In this document: piece by piece, positions 29,267 to 39,723 of the stretch
Position numbering within the stretch: the first letter of the stretch is position 1
Layout: the number at the start of each line of letters is the position of its first letter
IMG/VR virus record: IMGVR_UViG_3300046471_000229
Strand: one strand, 5' to 3'
From: an uncultured virus (IMG/VR IMGVR_UViG_3300046471_000229)
Taxonomy: Duplodnaviria; Heunggongvirae; Uroviricota; Caudoviricetes
Length of the DNA: 59,819 nucleotides
Translations under genes and position numbers: made by a program
The notes under the pieces: model-generated
What the model was told of the DNA's origin: nothing
The model's database searches: none
The model's input: the letters and a program-made list of their open reading frames with translations, nothing else

Positions 29267-31319
29267 CGTTCTGATCGGTCTGCAGCGCGTTCCGAATATC
29301 CCCCAATACGGCGGCCCCAAGTTCAGCCATTGCGCTCGATCCATCATCGCCGGCTGCAAAGTCGGTCAAGCTTTGTGTGACGGTTACCGTCCTGGTGCCG
29401 TATTTTCTACCCTCTTGGATCATGGCCTCACCGAAGGACGGCTGGCGCTCTGTGGGCACTTTGTCAGTTGCGTACAGGTACTCACCCGCCGCCCTTATTG
29501 CCCAGAGCTTTGCATCGCGCTCTTGCCAATCGAGCACCTTTTGGACGTTTTTTTCATGAAACTCTAAGGTACTTCGAAATTTCCGCAACTGTTTGAACTG
29601 CAGGTACGGATTCATCGACTCAAGCGCCAGCGTCTCTGCCTGGGTTAAGGGCACGTTGCGCTTGGACTTCGTAATCGCCTCGATGAGTGTGGCCACTGCA
29701 CAGTATTCATCGCCGTCAGTGGAACGCCTATGCGTTAAGCAGTAGTCAACACTCTCGGTCAAAGCCCCAATTACCATTATCAGATAACAGAGGTAGTAGG
29801 CGCAGATCCTGTCGTTGTCGGCCCTGAAGGCTTTGACCTTATAGCCTTCGGTGAAATCGTCGTCATAGCTTGAATAATGGAGCCAGCCCAGCGTCATGGC
29901 GGTACAGTTTGACAAGCCAGGAAACGCCTCGAGAATTTGCCTTCCTACGTCCTCATAGTGCGTCTGCGCTTGCGTCTGATCGATCAGATACCACTTGTCG
30001 TCCTCATCCATGTCTGCCACCGGGTGAGCAGCACTGAATTTTTTCAGGGCATACCGATTCAAGTCAGCGACAGAAAACAGCGCTTCAACATTCAATATTC
30101 GGAGGAGCTCGCCGTCTCTATACGCCTCCAAAACCCGTTCTGAGGCACGATGGTGCGTCAATGCGATCTCTTTCTGCAGATCTTCAAGGAAAGCCGTGTA
30201 TGCCTCAGGAAGCACCTCCTGAGACCCACAAAGATCAGCGAGCGTGCTTGCTTTGCAGTTATCGGCCAGCCCCTCTGGAATTTCGCCAGGAGTAAGCCAG
30301 CTCTGACGTCTCAGGTAGACCTGATTTGCCTGGGTGAACGTATTGCCCCGTCGAGTTTGTCGCAGGCTTTCGATGCTTGAATTGAAATGAAGAGCTTGAT
30401 GCACACGGGTCAGTGATCGAATTCCATATTCCGTGGGGGTATAGATTTCGTACTGAAAACCTTCGTCGTCTGCCGGCTTAAGTCGGGATGACTCAAAAGC
30501 TACAGCCTCCCCTCTCAGAATCATCAGCACGGCCTGCTCAAGCATTCCCGAGTTCGGATAGAACGCAATCGGGATGTAACCGTTCAGATGCTCGTTGCAG
30601 AGATAATCACGCCCCGCGCAGCGAACGATGATAAAGCCATCCGGCATCAGCATCTGCTGAGTGATCGTATCGATGGCGATTTCGTACAGCGGTTCGATCA
30701 TCTCATCACGGTAGAATCTCAGCCGGCGCTGTTTTGAATCGAGCCCGCTGTACACCTTCACCGCACTGAGTTTCTCATCAAAGTTCGACGGAAGCTTTTT
30801 AACCGCATCCCTCAATCTTGACCAGCGGAAACCTCTACCATCTGCGGCGATGCACAAACTGTAGGGCGGTGCGCCGGCCTCGATCAGCTCGGGGGTTTGC
30901 TCGAGCCAGGGCGTTCCGGCCCAGTAGGCACCCACCTCATCGAAGACTGCGAAAAAACCAGAAACAGAGTGGGAAGTCTTTTTGTGGGCGTCTATACACG
31001 CTTTCCAGTCGAGGCGTTCCAGCGGCAGTAGGTTCACCGCCACTTCAGCTTCGTTGTAGCCCATCAAACCTGACGTAAATGCGTTCCAGACAATCGCCTC
31101 CACCACTTTTGGCGCCTTCCATGAGGCGTCAATGGTAGAGGCAACACTCTCCATCCTGTTGTCCATCAAGTCTTGCAGGTCGCGGTAGCCCAACAGCTGG
31201 GCGAATCCATTCTGGTAAACAACCGGGCTCACACCATGCCGATGCCAGCAGCCGCTGAGCGCATCCACCAGGTGGAAGAAATGCTGATCGAAATCCCTGA
31301 AAGAGAACGGGATCTTCAT
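29181..31319 (-). CDS. Large hypothetical protein, tandem paralog 1
   Basis: Likely ATG 31319 (MKIPFSFRDF) with GAGG RBS; homologous to 31322..33361. Confidence 0.8.
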   Translation of the reverse strand: MKIPFSFRDFDQHFFHLVDALSGCWHRHGVSPVVYQNGFAQLLGYRDLQDLMDNRMESVASTIDASWKAPKVVEAIVWNAFTSGLMGYNEAEVAVNLLPLERLDWKACIDAHKKTSHSVSGFFAVFDEVGAYWAGTPWLEQTPELIEAGAPPYSLCIAADGRGFRWSRLRDAVKKLPSNFDEKLSAVKVYSGLDSKQRRLRFYRDEMIEPLYEIAIDTITQQMLMPDGFIIVRCAGRDYLCNEHLNGYIPIAFYPNSGMLEQAVLMILRGEAVAFESSRLKPADDEGFQYEIYTPTEYGIRSLTRVHQALHFNSSIESLRQTRRGNTFTQANQVYLRRQSWLTPGEIPEGLADNCKASTLADLCGSQEVLPEAYTAFLEDLQKEIALTHHRASERVLEAYRDGELLRILNVEALFSVADLNRYALKKFSAAHPVADMDEDDKWYLIDQTQAQTHYEDVGRQILEAFPGLSNCTAMTLGWLHYSSYDDDFTEGYKVKAFRADNDRICAYYLCYLIMVIGALTESVDYCLTHRRSTDGDEYCAVATLIEAITKSKRNVPLTQAETLALESMNPYLQFKQLRKFRSTLEFHEKNVQKVLDWQERDAKLWAIRAAGEYLYATDKVPTERQPSFGEAMIQEGRKYGTRTVTVTQSLTDFAAGDDGSSAMAELGAAVLGDIRNALQTDQNVKSQGSTHRSGRAILSCVDQGAGATRTP

Positions 31320-31321
31320 CC

Positions 31322-33361
31322 TCAGACCTGCCCTTCGGCTGGAACGGTGGGCATAAGCGTCACCGCACACGTTTCCAGATTGATGACAGCTGTCTGGTTG
31401 GCCAGATGTCCCCCTCGCGCCAGATCAAAAAGCTCCGACACTGCCACAGGCCGTTGCAACGGCACTTTCTCATCCGCAAAGAGATAGTCGCCTTTCTGCC
31501 GGATCAACTTCATTGCGTCATTCGAAGCATGCCACTCACGTACTCGCTCCACGAACGTATCATGCCATTGCAGCCGCTGCATAAAGTCGCAGGTGCTTGC
31601 ATAAACCCTATGGATGTTCATGGACACCAAGGTGGACATTTCCAACTGGCTCAGCGTCATGCCAGCTTTTGACTTGCTCACAGCCTCGCTCAAGACACTC
31701 ACTGCAAAGGTCATGGCCTGTTGGTTCCGTAGGTCAGATTGGTGCACGGGCTGGGTCATCGAGGCGCTAAGCAACAGGATGACGTAGCTCAGGAAGCGTA
31801 CCAATTGCTCGGTATTGGTTGGATCGAAGTTTGGGAAGTCAGTGCAATCCTTGTTAAGGAATGCATACTCGCACTCACAATGCAGGATACCCAGGGTGAT
31901 CACGCTCAATCCACTTAGCTCAGGGAACGCTTTCTGAATGCAAGTGCCAGCCAGTTGGTACTGTTCCAGGGCAGACTCCAGTGCTTCCCTATCCCCAGCC
32001 AACGGATACCAGAATTGGCGTTTCGACGTCGCATACCGATCCAGATCGATACAGCTGAAGGTTAACAGGGCCGCCGTTAGCTTAACCAAGTCGCCACGGC
32101 CAAGGGACTCCCTCAGGCGCTGGGAGGCCGATTCAACGGTACCGGCAAACTCCTTGCGCAGTGACCCCGCAAACTCCATGCACCAGGTCGGTAGCACCAG
32201 CGGGCTCAACCGATTCGGCATAAGCGTCATGCCCGCACAAACATCCGCCACTCCGGGTGGGATTTCGCCAGGGGTGATCCACCGCTGGCTGCGCAGATAG
32301 GGTTGCCAGTTTTCAAAAAACAGCTCGTCGACCTTCACCCGCAACTCTGCAATGCCACGCCCTTCCAGGCGCAATCCGCTGCGTTCGTAGCAGGGTTCCG
32401 TGGAGTTTTGGATCAAAACATCTTGAAACCCCAATTCATCCACTGGCCCGAGTTCATGATCGGCAAATTGTATCGGCTGCCCGCAGAGAATCATGGCGAC
32501 AGCCCTGTAAAAAGCTACGGAGTCGATTTGAAAAGCCAGCGGTATGAAACCCATCAGCACCTTGTTGTACAGGAACCAGCGCTCTTCGTTGCGAATGATC
32601 TCAAAGCCTTCAGGCATCTTGTATTTGCGCTGAACGAATTGCCAGGCGGGTTCAAAATTGAGAGGAATTATCTCTTCTTGCCAGAACTTCATTCGCCGGC
32701 TTTTCGCATCAGGTAATTTGTCATAGTGCAAAACCTTGGCGAGACGCTCATCCAAATCATCCGGCAACGCCTCTACCGTATTTTCCAGCGCCTTCCAGCA
32801 GAATGCTAAACCATTGACCAGGATAGAGGACTTGTACGCCGGCGCTCCAGCCTCGATCAACTCAGGTGTTTGTTCGAGCCAAGTCTCTTGATAGAACCCC
32901 ATCTCGTCCATGATCACAAAGGGTTTGTTTTGGTTTACTAAGGGATTGTTTGGGCCGCTCCCGACCAGAGTGTGACCGGGACGAAAGTTTTTCATCCCCA
33001 GGACAGCGTTGGCGGCGCGGGTTTCTCGGGTCAGAAGGTCACAATCGAGGCGTTCCAGATCTAGGGCACGAACCACTTCAGCAGCCCTGTGATAACCGAA
33101 GACGCCCTGACTGAAGGCATTCCAGGTTATTGCCTCGGCCAGGCTGGCGCGGGTGATCTTCAACTGGCTGTGCACGTGAATATCGTTAACCCGTGCGTCC
33201 AGCAGCTCTTCGTAATCGCGGTATCCCATGAACTGGGCAAACAGATCAGGGTAGCAAGCACCCTCGCCTCTCTGCTCCTGCAGGCTTTCGCGCACCAACT
33301 GAATCGATGAGGCGAACAGTCGGTCATGGTCGGCAAAAGAAACTGGAATCCGCATGCGCAT
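31322..33361 (-). CDS. Large hypothetical protein, tandem paralog 2
   Basis: Shares FAQ..GYRD, EAI.WNAF and WLEQTPELIEAGAP with its neighbour. Confidence 0.8.
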   Translation of the reverse strand: MRMRIPVSFADHDRLFASSIQLVRESLQEQRGEGACYPDLFAQFMGYRDYEELLDARVNDIHVHSQLKITRASLAEAITWNAFSQGVFGYHRAAEVVRALDLERLDCDLLTRETRAANAVLGMKNFRPGHTLVGSGPNNPLVNQNKPFVIMDEMGFYQETWLEQTPELIEAGAPAYKSSILVNGLAFCWKALENTVEALPDDLDERLAKVLHYDKLPDAKSRRMKFWQEEIIPLNFEPAWQFVQRKYKMPEGFEIIRNEERWFLYNKVLMGFIPLAFQIDSVAFYRAVAMILCGQPIQFADHELGPVDELGFQDVLIQNSTEPCYERSGLRLEGRGIAELRVKVDELFFENWQPYLRSQRWITPGEIPPGVADVCAGMTLMPNRLSPLVLPTWCMEFAGSLRKEFAGTVESASQRLRESLGRGDLVKLTAALLTFSCIDLDRYATSKRQFWYPLAGDREALESALEQYQLAGTCIQKAFPELSGLSVITLGILHCECEYAFLNKDCTDFPNFDPTNTEQLVRFLSYVILLLSASMTQPVHQSDLRNQQAMTFAVSVLSEAVSKSKAGMTLSQLEMSTLVSMNIHRVYASTCDFMQRLQWHDTFVERVREWHASNDAMKLIRQKGDYLFADEKVPLQRPVAVSELFDLARGGHLANQTAVINLETCAVTLMPTVPAEGQV

Positions 33362-33503
33362 CTACCCTGGCTTGTCTGACGCGCATCAAACCCGCCAGAC
33401 GTGGCCAAAGGCTGTGCTGCACGAGAATTCGCGCTCACGTACCAATGGGTCGGCACGGTGCGAGCGCGGTCGAAAAATCGCGTGCAGTATTATTAAAATA
33501 CCA

Positions 33504-34436
33504 TTAATTGTCAAAATTAGATCTAAAGGACGCTGGCAATTCATTCGCTATCTTTATGCCGCTGAGCCCAGGCACCTTCGCCGGTTGCAACCGGAAGCAC
33601 GCATACTCCATCTGCTGATGGACGCGGAACCTCAGGTTCTCCCCGTTCTCATCAATGCTTATCACCTTATCCGCTAAACCCTCAGTCCCCAGCCACTTCG
33701 AAAGATCGGTTTTGGACTCAACAAAGTGATCGAGAAACACGCCGACGCGAGTGCCCTCCTGCGTCACCAGGATGTCTCCCCAGGACAACGCGGCAATACT
33801 GAAGGCGCTCACCTCGGTAGAGCTGCCTATGCCAGGCACGCCGACCGCCAGTGGTTTGTCAAAGCGGTGTCGGTTGAAGACTGCCGTTTCCCTGTCGCGA
33901 ATTTCTTCGGGAATGTCCACCAGCCGCCCCCGGCAGTGCTGCGGTAAGGGAACCTTGAACGCTGCAGACCAGCCTGGCCCGGCCAGGAAGTAGGACGCTA
34001 TCGAGCCCAACTCAAGATCCGAGATGATGTCGTCATACCCATCATCAAGCTCTTCATCGAAATCCTCCTCCGGATCGCCCTCCATCAGCGTGGCGCCCAC
34101 CTGGATCTCCAGGTTCAGCAAGACGCACCAGCCAATCAGGATTTTGGTCGTGATTGGGTCTCCCTTGAAGCTGTCCGCAACGGCGGCAAATTGCGCCTGT
34201 GGCGAGCGCCCTGGCTTCAAGGCCAATCGGCCCGGTGATTCCTCGTAGAGCTCGCCAATCTGCGGATCGAAGGCCTTGGCCAGGGCCGACTCGAGGTATG
34301 GTTTGCAGTATTTGACGACCAGAGAAAAATCGTCCCAATCCTCCACAGCAATCTTGGTACCACCAATAAACAATCCCTTAGCTGTCAGGTACCCATTGGC
34401 GACGTCAATGGCCCCGCCCGAACGACATGTCAACAT
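33504..34436 (-). CDS. Hypothetical protein
   Basis: 310-aa ORF with an acidic linker. Confidence 0.7.
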   Translation of the reverse strand: MLTCRSGGAIDVANGYLTAKGLFIGGTKIAVEDWDDFSLVVKYCKPYLESALAKAFDPQIGELYEESPGRLALKPGRSPQAQFAAVADSFKGDPITTKILIGWCVLLNLEIQVGATLMEGDPEEDFDEELDDGYDDIISDLELGSIASYFLAGPGWSAAFKVPLPQHCRGRLVDIPEEIRDRETAVFNRHRFDKPLAVGVPGIGSSTEVSAFSIAALSWGDILVTQEGTRVGVFLDHFVESKTDLSKWLGTEGLADKVISIDENGENLRFRVHQQMEYACFRLQPAKVPGLSGIKIANELPASFRSNFDN

Positions 34437-34615
34437 CCAGAATCCTCTGTACTCAAATGAACTCGAGCGGCCCTAGACAGCCGGCCAAGTACCAATCGCG
34501 CATACTGCCACCACCTCCGGTTCGTGGTACTGAATATTAACTGAATATTGTCAGCTGAAACGATAAGATTTGCGGGTATCCAAACTGGCAACCCCTCCTG
34601 AACTTGGGCTACTTC

Positions 34616-35071
34616 ATGACTTCGACCGACGATGCACCGGAAAAGAAGAAAATCTGCTTGATTGAGTTGGTGATGGTCATCGCCCTCATCTCCGTCATTA
34701 CTGTCGGCGCCCTGGAATTTGATTCGCTTGATGGGCGAAGCAAACTATTTCGAACCAGAACTGACCATTGGGTTGCAGCCTCTGCCGTCTCGCCTGAAAA
34801 CAAGGCAGTGGTGGATGCTTACGTGGCGTGCTGGAAGGACGACTCAAGAAAGCATTCACCCGATTGTGCGTTGGATGCGGTAGCACTCGGACGATCACAG
34901 GGTCGGACAGAGGAAGGTGTCAGCGAACTGATCGCCAGCATGGGGATTTTTGAGAACGGGTGCGGTGATAGCAATCCACCTCGCAATCTAATGGCGGTGA
35001 TGAAAAACGAGGAGCTATTGACGCTCATGGGCACCTGGTGCTCGAGCCAACGTGCCAAAAAGGCACCTTGA
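34616..35071 (+). CDS. Membrane-anchored protein with pilin-like N-terminal helix
   Basis: KKKICLIELVMVIALISVI resembles the type IV pilin F-T/S-LIEL leader. Confidence 0.6.
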   Translation: MTSTDDAPEKKKICLIELVMVIALISVITVGALEFDSLDGRSKLFRTRTDHWVAASAVSPENKAVVDAYVACWKDDSRKHSPDCALDAVALGRSQGRTEEGVSELIASMGIFENGCGDSNPPRNLMAVMKNEELLTLMGTWCSSQRAKKAP

Positions 35072-35124
35072 TTCGCTGTCTCCCTCAAACGAAAACCCGG
35101 CACGGAGGCCGGGCAATGTTGGAG

Positions 35125-35658
35125 CTAGGCCTGTATCTCCCCTTCCTTGCTATCGCTTCGCAGTGCCTCGATTGTCATCCAAAGGTCGATTTCGTTCTCG
35201 ATGTTCAATCCGGTAAGGGCAAGGTATTCCCTCGCGATCAGTCTGGCTGGGGCCACCAGTTTGTTGAGGCCAGCCTCAGTGGCCACCTTAGATTGACGAT
35301 ATGGCCGTGCCACATTGAGGATCAAATTGTTGACCTCATCCGCGAGTTTGTCGGCTTGTTTGTGCTCAGCGCTCGACAACGCCTTGGGCCTTTTTGACCA
35401 CCAATAGCGCTTCATTTTAAGCGGGCGGTAGATCACTCCAGGGACAGTGCCAATGAGGATGGAAAGTAACACCAGCAACCCAATGCCCATTGTAAACGGG
35501 GTCAACAAAAAAAGGAGACCGACGATCCCAAAGGGGAACCGCCAATCATCCTTCTCATCTAGCACGCAGTCGCGAATGTACTGCGCCCGATAAAATGAAT
35601 ACACCGCCAACGCTAAAACTAAAGAGCAAAAGACCCCTAAAAACACGATTCCGAACAT
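35125..35658 (-). CDS. Membrane protein
   Basis: Several hydrophobic segments; start approximate. Confidence 0.65.
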   Translation of the reverse strand: MFGIVFLGVFCSLVLALAVYSFYRAQYIRDCVLDEKDDWRFPFGIVGLLFLLTPFTMGIGLLVLLSILIGTVPGVIYRPLKMKRYWWSKRPKALSSAEHKQADKLADEVNNLILNVARPYRQSKVATEAGLNKLVAPARLIAREYLALTGLNIENEIDLWMTIEALRSDSKEGEIQA

Positions 35659-35735
35659 CGACACCTCATTCCCCTTGTTGTTCATGAATGCGCACGCGGT
35701 CACGCGAACGTGACCATGCTGGTCACAGTCGACCA

Positions 35736-36536
35736 TTAAGGCGTTGGAGAATCGTCTTCAGGGGCTCGCCTGGCCGCTGGCGCCGGCGCTGGTATCGACA
35801 CATTTCCATGTTCGTCGACTTCAAACAACGTCACAACGGCCTGGGCCTTGGGCCCGTCGAAGAAGTACTCACCTTCATTGGAGGCCCTGAAGATCTCCGC
35901 TGCCGGCACTCGGGCGCAGGTGACGTGCTGCGGCGCCTGCTCATAGATGGCGGTGGTTACCGCATGGTCGAGGGTCATGCGCAGCATGTGCTCTGCCTGG
36001 GTGCGCGACCGCTCCCCTTCTTCGTAGGCCCGCAGTACCCGTTTGACCATGGTCGGCAGGAGGCGAGTGTCCGTCTTGTAGGCGTAATCCATAGGGAACA
36101 GATGGTTCACCTCCTGACTCATGGCGCGGATCAGCGTGAACTCGTAGCCAGGCTCCAGGTTCTTCACGCAGACCCCTTGGGAGATTGAGCGACGGCGATC
36201 AGTTTCAGCCGGGTTTAGCAGGTGACCGAATTTCTGCTGCAAATCCGCATCGTCGAAGCGCAGTTCAGCCAATGTGGCCTTGTGCACCTTCAGCTCTGAG
36301 TTAGGGTGAACCTCGGTCAGAAGGTCGACTTCGTCGTAATCGAAAGTCAGGATCAGATCTTTGTCATCGGTACCACCCCGGTAGTAATCCAGAAAATCGA
36401 GATCACTCCCCAAGTAAAACCCACCTGGAGAGGTATGCACCGAGCCGATGCTGAGGTCGACCGGATTGCGATACTGCAGGGTCTTAGCCTCCAGTGTTTT
36501 GAGATCAAACGAGACAACTCTATACCCTTGCGGCAT
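35736..36536 (-). CDS. Hypothetical protein
   Basis: 266 aa; ends RRAPEDDSPTP. Confidence 0.75.
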   Translation of the reverse strand: MPQGYRVVSFDLKTLEAKTLQYRNPVDLSIGSVHTSPGGFYLGSDLDFLDYYRGGTDDKDLILTFDYDEVDLLTEVHPNSELKVHKATLAELRFDDADLQQKFGHLLNPAETDRRRSISQGVCVKNLEPGYEFTLIRAMSQEVNHLFPMDYAYKTDTRLLPTMVKRVLRAYEEGERSRTQAEHMLRMTLDHAVTTAIYEQAPQHVTCARVPAAEIFRASNEGEYFFDGPKAQAVVTLFEVDEHGNVSIPAPAPAARRAPEDDSPTP

Positions 36537-36854
36537 TTCTCAGAATCCTTGTAATTCCCCGACGGCAATCAGTGACGCCGCAGGCTCTAAAGATTCATTG
36601 TCCGACACGCGCACAGGCGCAGCCAAGCATTTTGGGGAATGATAAGGGGATGTTCGCCACTTCCCCGCAGGGGGCTGGCGCTGGTCAAGAGGTTAACCGG
36701 GAAGGAATGGTGCTATGGCGCGTTGAAAGCCAAGAAAATCCCGGCTTTGCCCTCACCGATATCGGAAGTTCAGCGAGGAGCTACGACCTGGTCGGACAGG
36801 CCTGTGTAGCTTTCCCTGGAGCTCGTGCAAGCCCCAGGGATGTATGAAGCACTA

Positions 36855-37376
36855 TCAGGCAGCGTGCGTCATGAAAATGCTGACATCAAGGACGTCCTTC
36901 GGGCTGCCGTTGTGTTTGTTGCAGGCGGCCATCAGCGCTTTGAGATCCTGGTTGATGTTGATCCACCACTGCAGAATTTCGTTCACGATGTCGTTCATCG
37001 CGCAACGCTTGACGGATTTGTCACGGGCACTGGCTGCGACACGCTCGTCTTTCTCTTCGCTGATCTTTTCACGCATGCCAGGCAGCAAACGTACCACGAA
37101 CTTGGTTTGTGGCAGCTGCGGTACCATGTGCGGCACGCTGAGGGCTAAAACAGCCTGGGCGGGTTCCATGCGGCTGGACAGGACTGCCTTGAGCAGTTCA
37201 AGTTGGCCCTTGCACGACTGCCAGGATTGGATCGCCTGTACCATTTCGCTGTTGGCGCTACGGTTGTGGCGCAAGCCCAGCTCGGCGATGGCATCGTTCA
37301 GATCTTGGGGAACACGAATCACAAATTTGGGCGCGGTGCGGGAAGGGCAAACTTTGGCATCTTTGCTGCGAGTCAT
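36855..37376 (-). CDS. Arc-family (AmrZ/AlgZ-like) DNA-binding protein with two RHH domains
   Basis: SRTAPKFVIRVP......IAE.....NRSANSEMV and a second KFVVRLLPGMREKI. Confidence 0.85.
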   Translation of the reverse strand: MTRSKDAKVCPSRTAPKFVIRVPQDLNDAIAELGLRHNRSANSEMVQAIQSWQSCKGQLELLKAVLSSRMEPAQAVLALSVPHMVPQLPQTKFVVRLLPGMREKISEEKDERVAASARDKSVKRCAMNDIVNEILQWWININQDLKALMAACNKHNGSPKDVLDVSIFMTHAA

Positions 37377-37581
37377 GTGGATTTCCGTTGTAGGGGGTAA
37401 AAGGCCTTGGAGTAATGAGATCCAGGCATCCTGATTTCATTTTGGTATCATAATTGCTCAAAAAAAACATTGCAATAGTAATGACAGGAAAATCTGGCCT
37501 TTTCGGTCAAATTTGGCCTGTCAATTGTGTCGCTATTCTATCCTCCCGTATAGTGATAGAACACATGCTTTCGAGACTGCC

Positions 37582-37893
37582 ATGAACAGCCTGAAACCCA
37601 TTACAACGCTATCCCTGAACAGCTACAGCATCGGCATCGGCATGACCGATGAACAGAAGCCGGCCTGCCTGATCCTGAGCTATGACGCTCTCGAACAAGG
37701 TGGCGATATCGCCATCAGCGCAACGACCGCTCAACTGGTCGGGAACGATTTTCAACTCACGTCAAACCTCGGAACCCTGGTTCTGAGCAACGTCGGGCAG
37801 GCCATCAAAGATGCCGCTGAGCTGCGTCTCCCAGTGGTTGTAATCGACCCTGAGCGTGAGCGCGAAATCATGGTTGAGCGCTGGCTGAACTAA
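37582..37893 (+). CDS. Hypothetical protein
   Basis: Likely ATG 37582. Confidence 0.65.
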   Translation: MNSLKPITTLSLNSYSIGIGMTDEQKPACLILSYDALEQGGDIAISATTAQLVGNDFQLTSNLGTLVLSNVGQAIKDAAELRLPVVVIDPEREREIMVERWLN

Positions 37894-37951
37894 CACCCGT
37901 AGTGAACTGAAACCACATAACAACAATGTCGGAAAGACAGGAAGTAAAAGC

Positions 37952-38812
37952 ATGAGCACATGGAAATCTAAACTCCTAGACAAGCTGGGTGTGGTCTCGG
38001 TCGCGGGCACTGACCACGGCCCTTCCGGCCTTCTCAAAGGTGCTCTTCTGGCCGCTACCGTGGTCGCTAGTCTTGGCGCAGCAGCTCCTGCTCATGCTGA
38101 GCAGTACAATGAGTTGAGGGATCAGACCCAGCATGAGGGTCTAGGCAAAACCTGGGCGCAGAAACAAAAAGAAGCAGTTAAAGAGGAAAGCACCTTCACG
38201 AAGATCAAAGATTCGGTGCTGAATGTAGACAGCTACCTGGTCGGTAAGGCCGTAGAGCAGGTTGTTGACGCCGATGAGCTTAAGTATCAACAGACCCTTG
38301 TCTCAGGCGAGTCAGAATCCCCCTACACGCATGTCTTTGGCGCGGGTATGTCAGTTATGGCAGCGAGTGCTGCCGCACCTGCCATGGGGCTCTGGATTTT
38401 GGCTAAACAAGTCGACAGCTCCGTGGCGTTCGTCCAGGAAAAGCAAGAAGCCGACCTCAACACAAAAATGACTGAAGTCGAGAGGCGGACTGCCCATGTC
38501 TACCAAGAAACTGTGTTAGCAAGCCGTACGGAAGAGCTCAAAAAGCAAGGCATCGAAAATCCTACCGAAGCGGATTTTTATGCCCAAGATCAGCGCCATC
38601 AGGAAATCCGTCAACAGCTAATTGCTAAAAATGCTGAACGCGTCATGGATGCGGCTATGGCCGACATCGATATCGAGCTGGATCAGAAAAGCACAGCATC
38701 AGCTGCCGCCTTTGATAGTCCTGATGTACCTTCCTCGACTTCGGGCATTGGAACCTTGCTCAACAAGGACAAAAAAGTCGAACGCGATCACAGCTCGGAA
38801 CTGTCCCGCTAG
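37952..38812 (+). CDS. Hypothetical exported or membrane protein
   Basis: Signal-like hydrophobic segment ending APAHA; ends ERDHSSELSR. Confidence 0.75.
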   Translation: MSTWKSKLLDKLGVVSVAGTDHGPSGLLKGALLAATVVASLGAAAPAHAEQYNELRDQTQHEGLGKTWAQKQKEAVKEESTFTKIKDSVLNVDSYLVGKAVEQVVDADELKYQQTLVSGESESPYTHVFGAGMSVMAASAAAPAMGLWILAKQVDSSVAFVQEKQEADLNTKMTEVERRTAHVYQETVLASRTEELKKQGIENPTEADFYAQDQRHQEIRQQLIAKNAERVMDAAMADIDIELDQKSTASAAAFDSPDVPSSTSGIGTLLNKDKKVERDHSSELSR

Positions 38813-38886
38813 CCTCGGCAAGCGAACCAGGCGATGGGCTGACCATCAGCTTTTTCACGTCCGCAGGCCGAAAAACAATAGCCATA

Positions 38887-38917
38887 AGGAAAAGTCGCAT
38901 TTTGCGACTTTTTCTTT
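38887..38917. terminator. Bidirectional intrinsic terminator
   Basis: AAAAGTCGCA-TTT-TGCGACTTTT. Confidence 0.75.
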
Positions 38918-38986
38918 GCCGTGCACCTCCCTCCTCGACTGACTGGCCACAAAAAACCGAAAACCCGTTAAGCCGAGGGGCTCGTG

Positions 38987-39691
38987 TTACACCGACGGGT
39001 CGAGGCGATCAGTAATCTGCTTGCTGGCGACTTTGGATGCAACTTTGGCTGCAGACTTCTCGGCTAATTTGGCTCTGGCCTTGCTGACGAGCTTGCTGAA
39101 GTGCTTCTTCTGCACCATCTCGCGGACTTTTCCGACGAGCCTGCTCAGTAGAGAAGGCTGCTTTGGCGGGATAAACAGACCAAACTCCCTGGCCTGGTCG
39201 CCTGGCTCGACTTCATGTCTCGGCTCCACATTGAAGGAGTCGTCCACTACAGACTCCACCGTCGCTGCTGGCTCGGTGAATTCGTTCATACCTTGCAGGG
39301 TGTTCAGACCCATCTCCACCGCACGCCGGCGCAGCAAGCTGGTGAACTCGTGTACATCCAGTCCTTCGTCTGCCGCTGGCCAGCGGCAACTCAGGAGGAA
39401 ATGCGCCACTGCGAACTGCAAGGCTTCGTGCACGGCGCTTTCATCGGGGCCCATGACGGCCAAGAGAATTCGCGCTTGTGGGTACAGACCCAAAATCGCA
39501 ACCACATTGGCCTGTGTAAACTTGATCGCCGTCAGCTTGGAGACATAGCGCGTGGCCGCTTCGTACTGTTCGTCAGACGGGACTGTGTCACGGTTCGCCA
39601 TGTAGAACTTTTGAAAGTGGTGGTGTAGCGCCAGGGCACTGGGGTCTTCTTGAACTCGGAACATCAGGGCGGCAGCTGTTTCAATTCTCAC
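38987..39691 (-). CDS. Hypothetical protein (YP..R / WP paralog family)
   Basis: YVSKLTAI...LGLYPQARILLA...VAHFLLSCRWP. Confidence 0.75.
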   Translation of the reverse strand: MRIETAAALMFRVQEDPSALALHHHFQKFYMANRDTVPSDEQYEAATRYVSKLTAIKFTQANVVAILGLYPQARILLAVMGPDESAVHEALQFAVAHFLLSCRWPAADEGLDVHEFTSLLRRRAVEMGLNTLQGMNEFTEPAATVESVVDDSFNVEPRHEVEPGDQAREFGLFIPPKQPSLLSRLVGKVREMVQKKHFSKLVSKARAKLAEKSAAKVASKVASKQITDRLDPSV

Positions 39692-39723
39692 GTTACGTAT
39701 ACCTTGCAGATCGTAGGGTCGAT

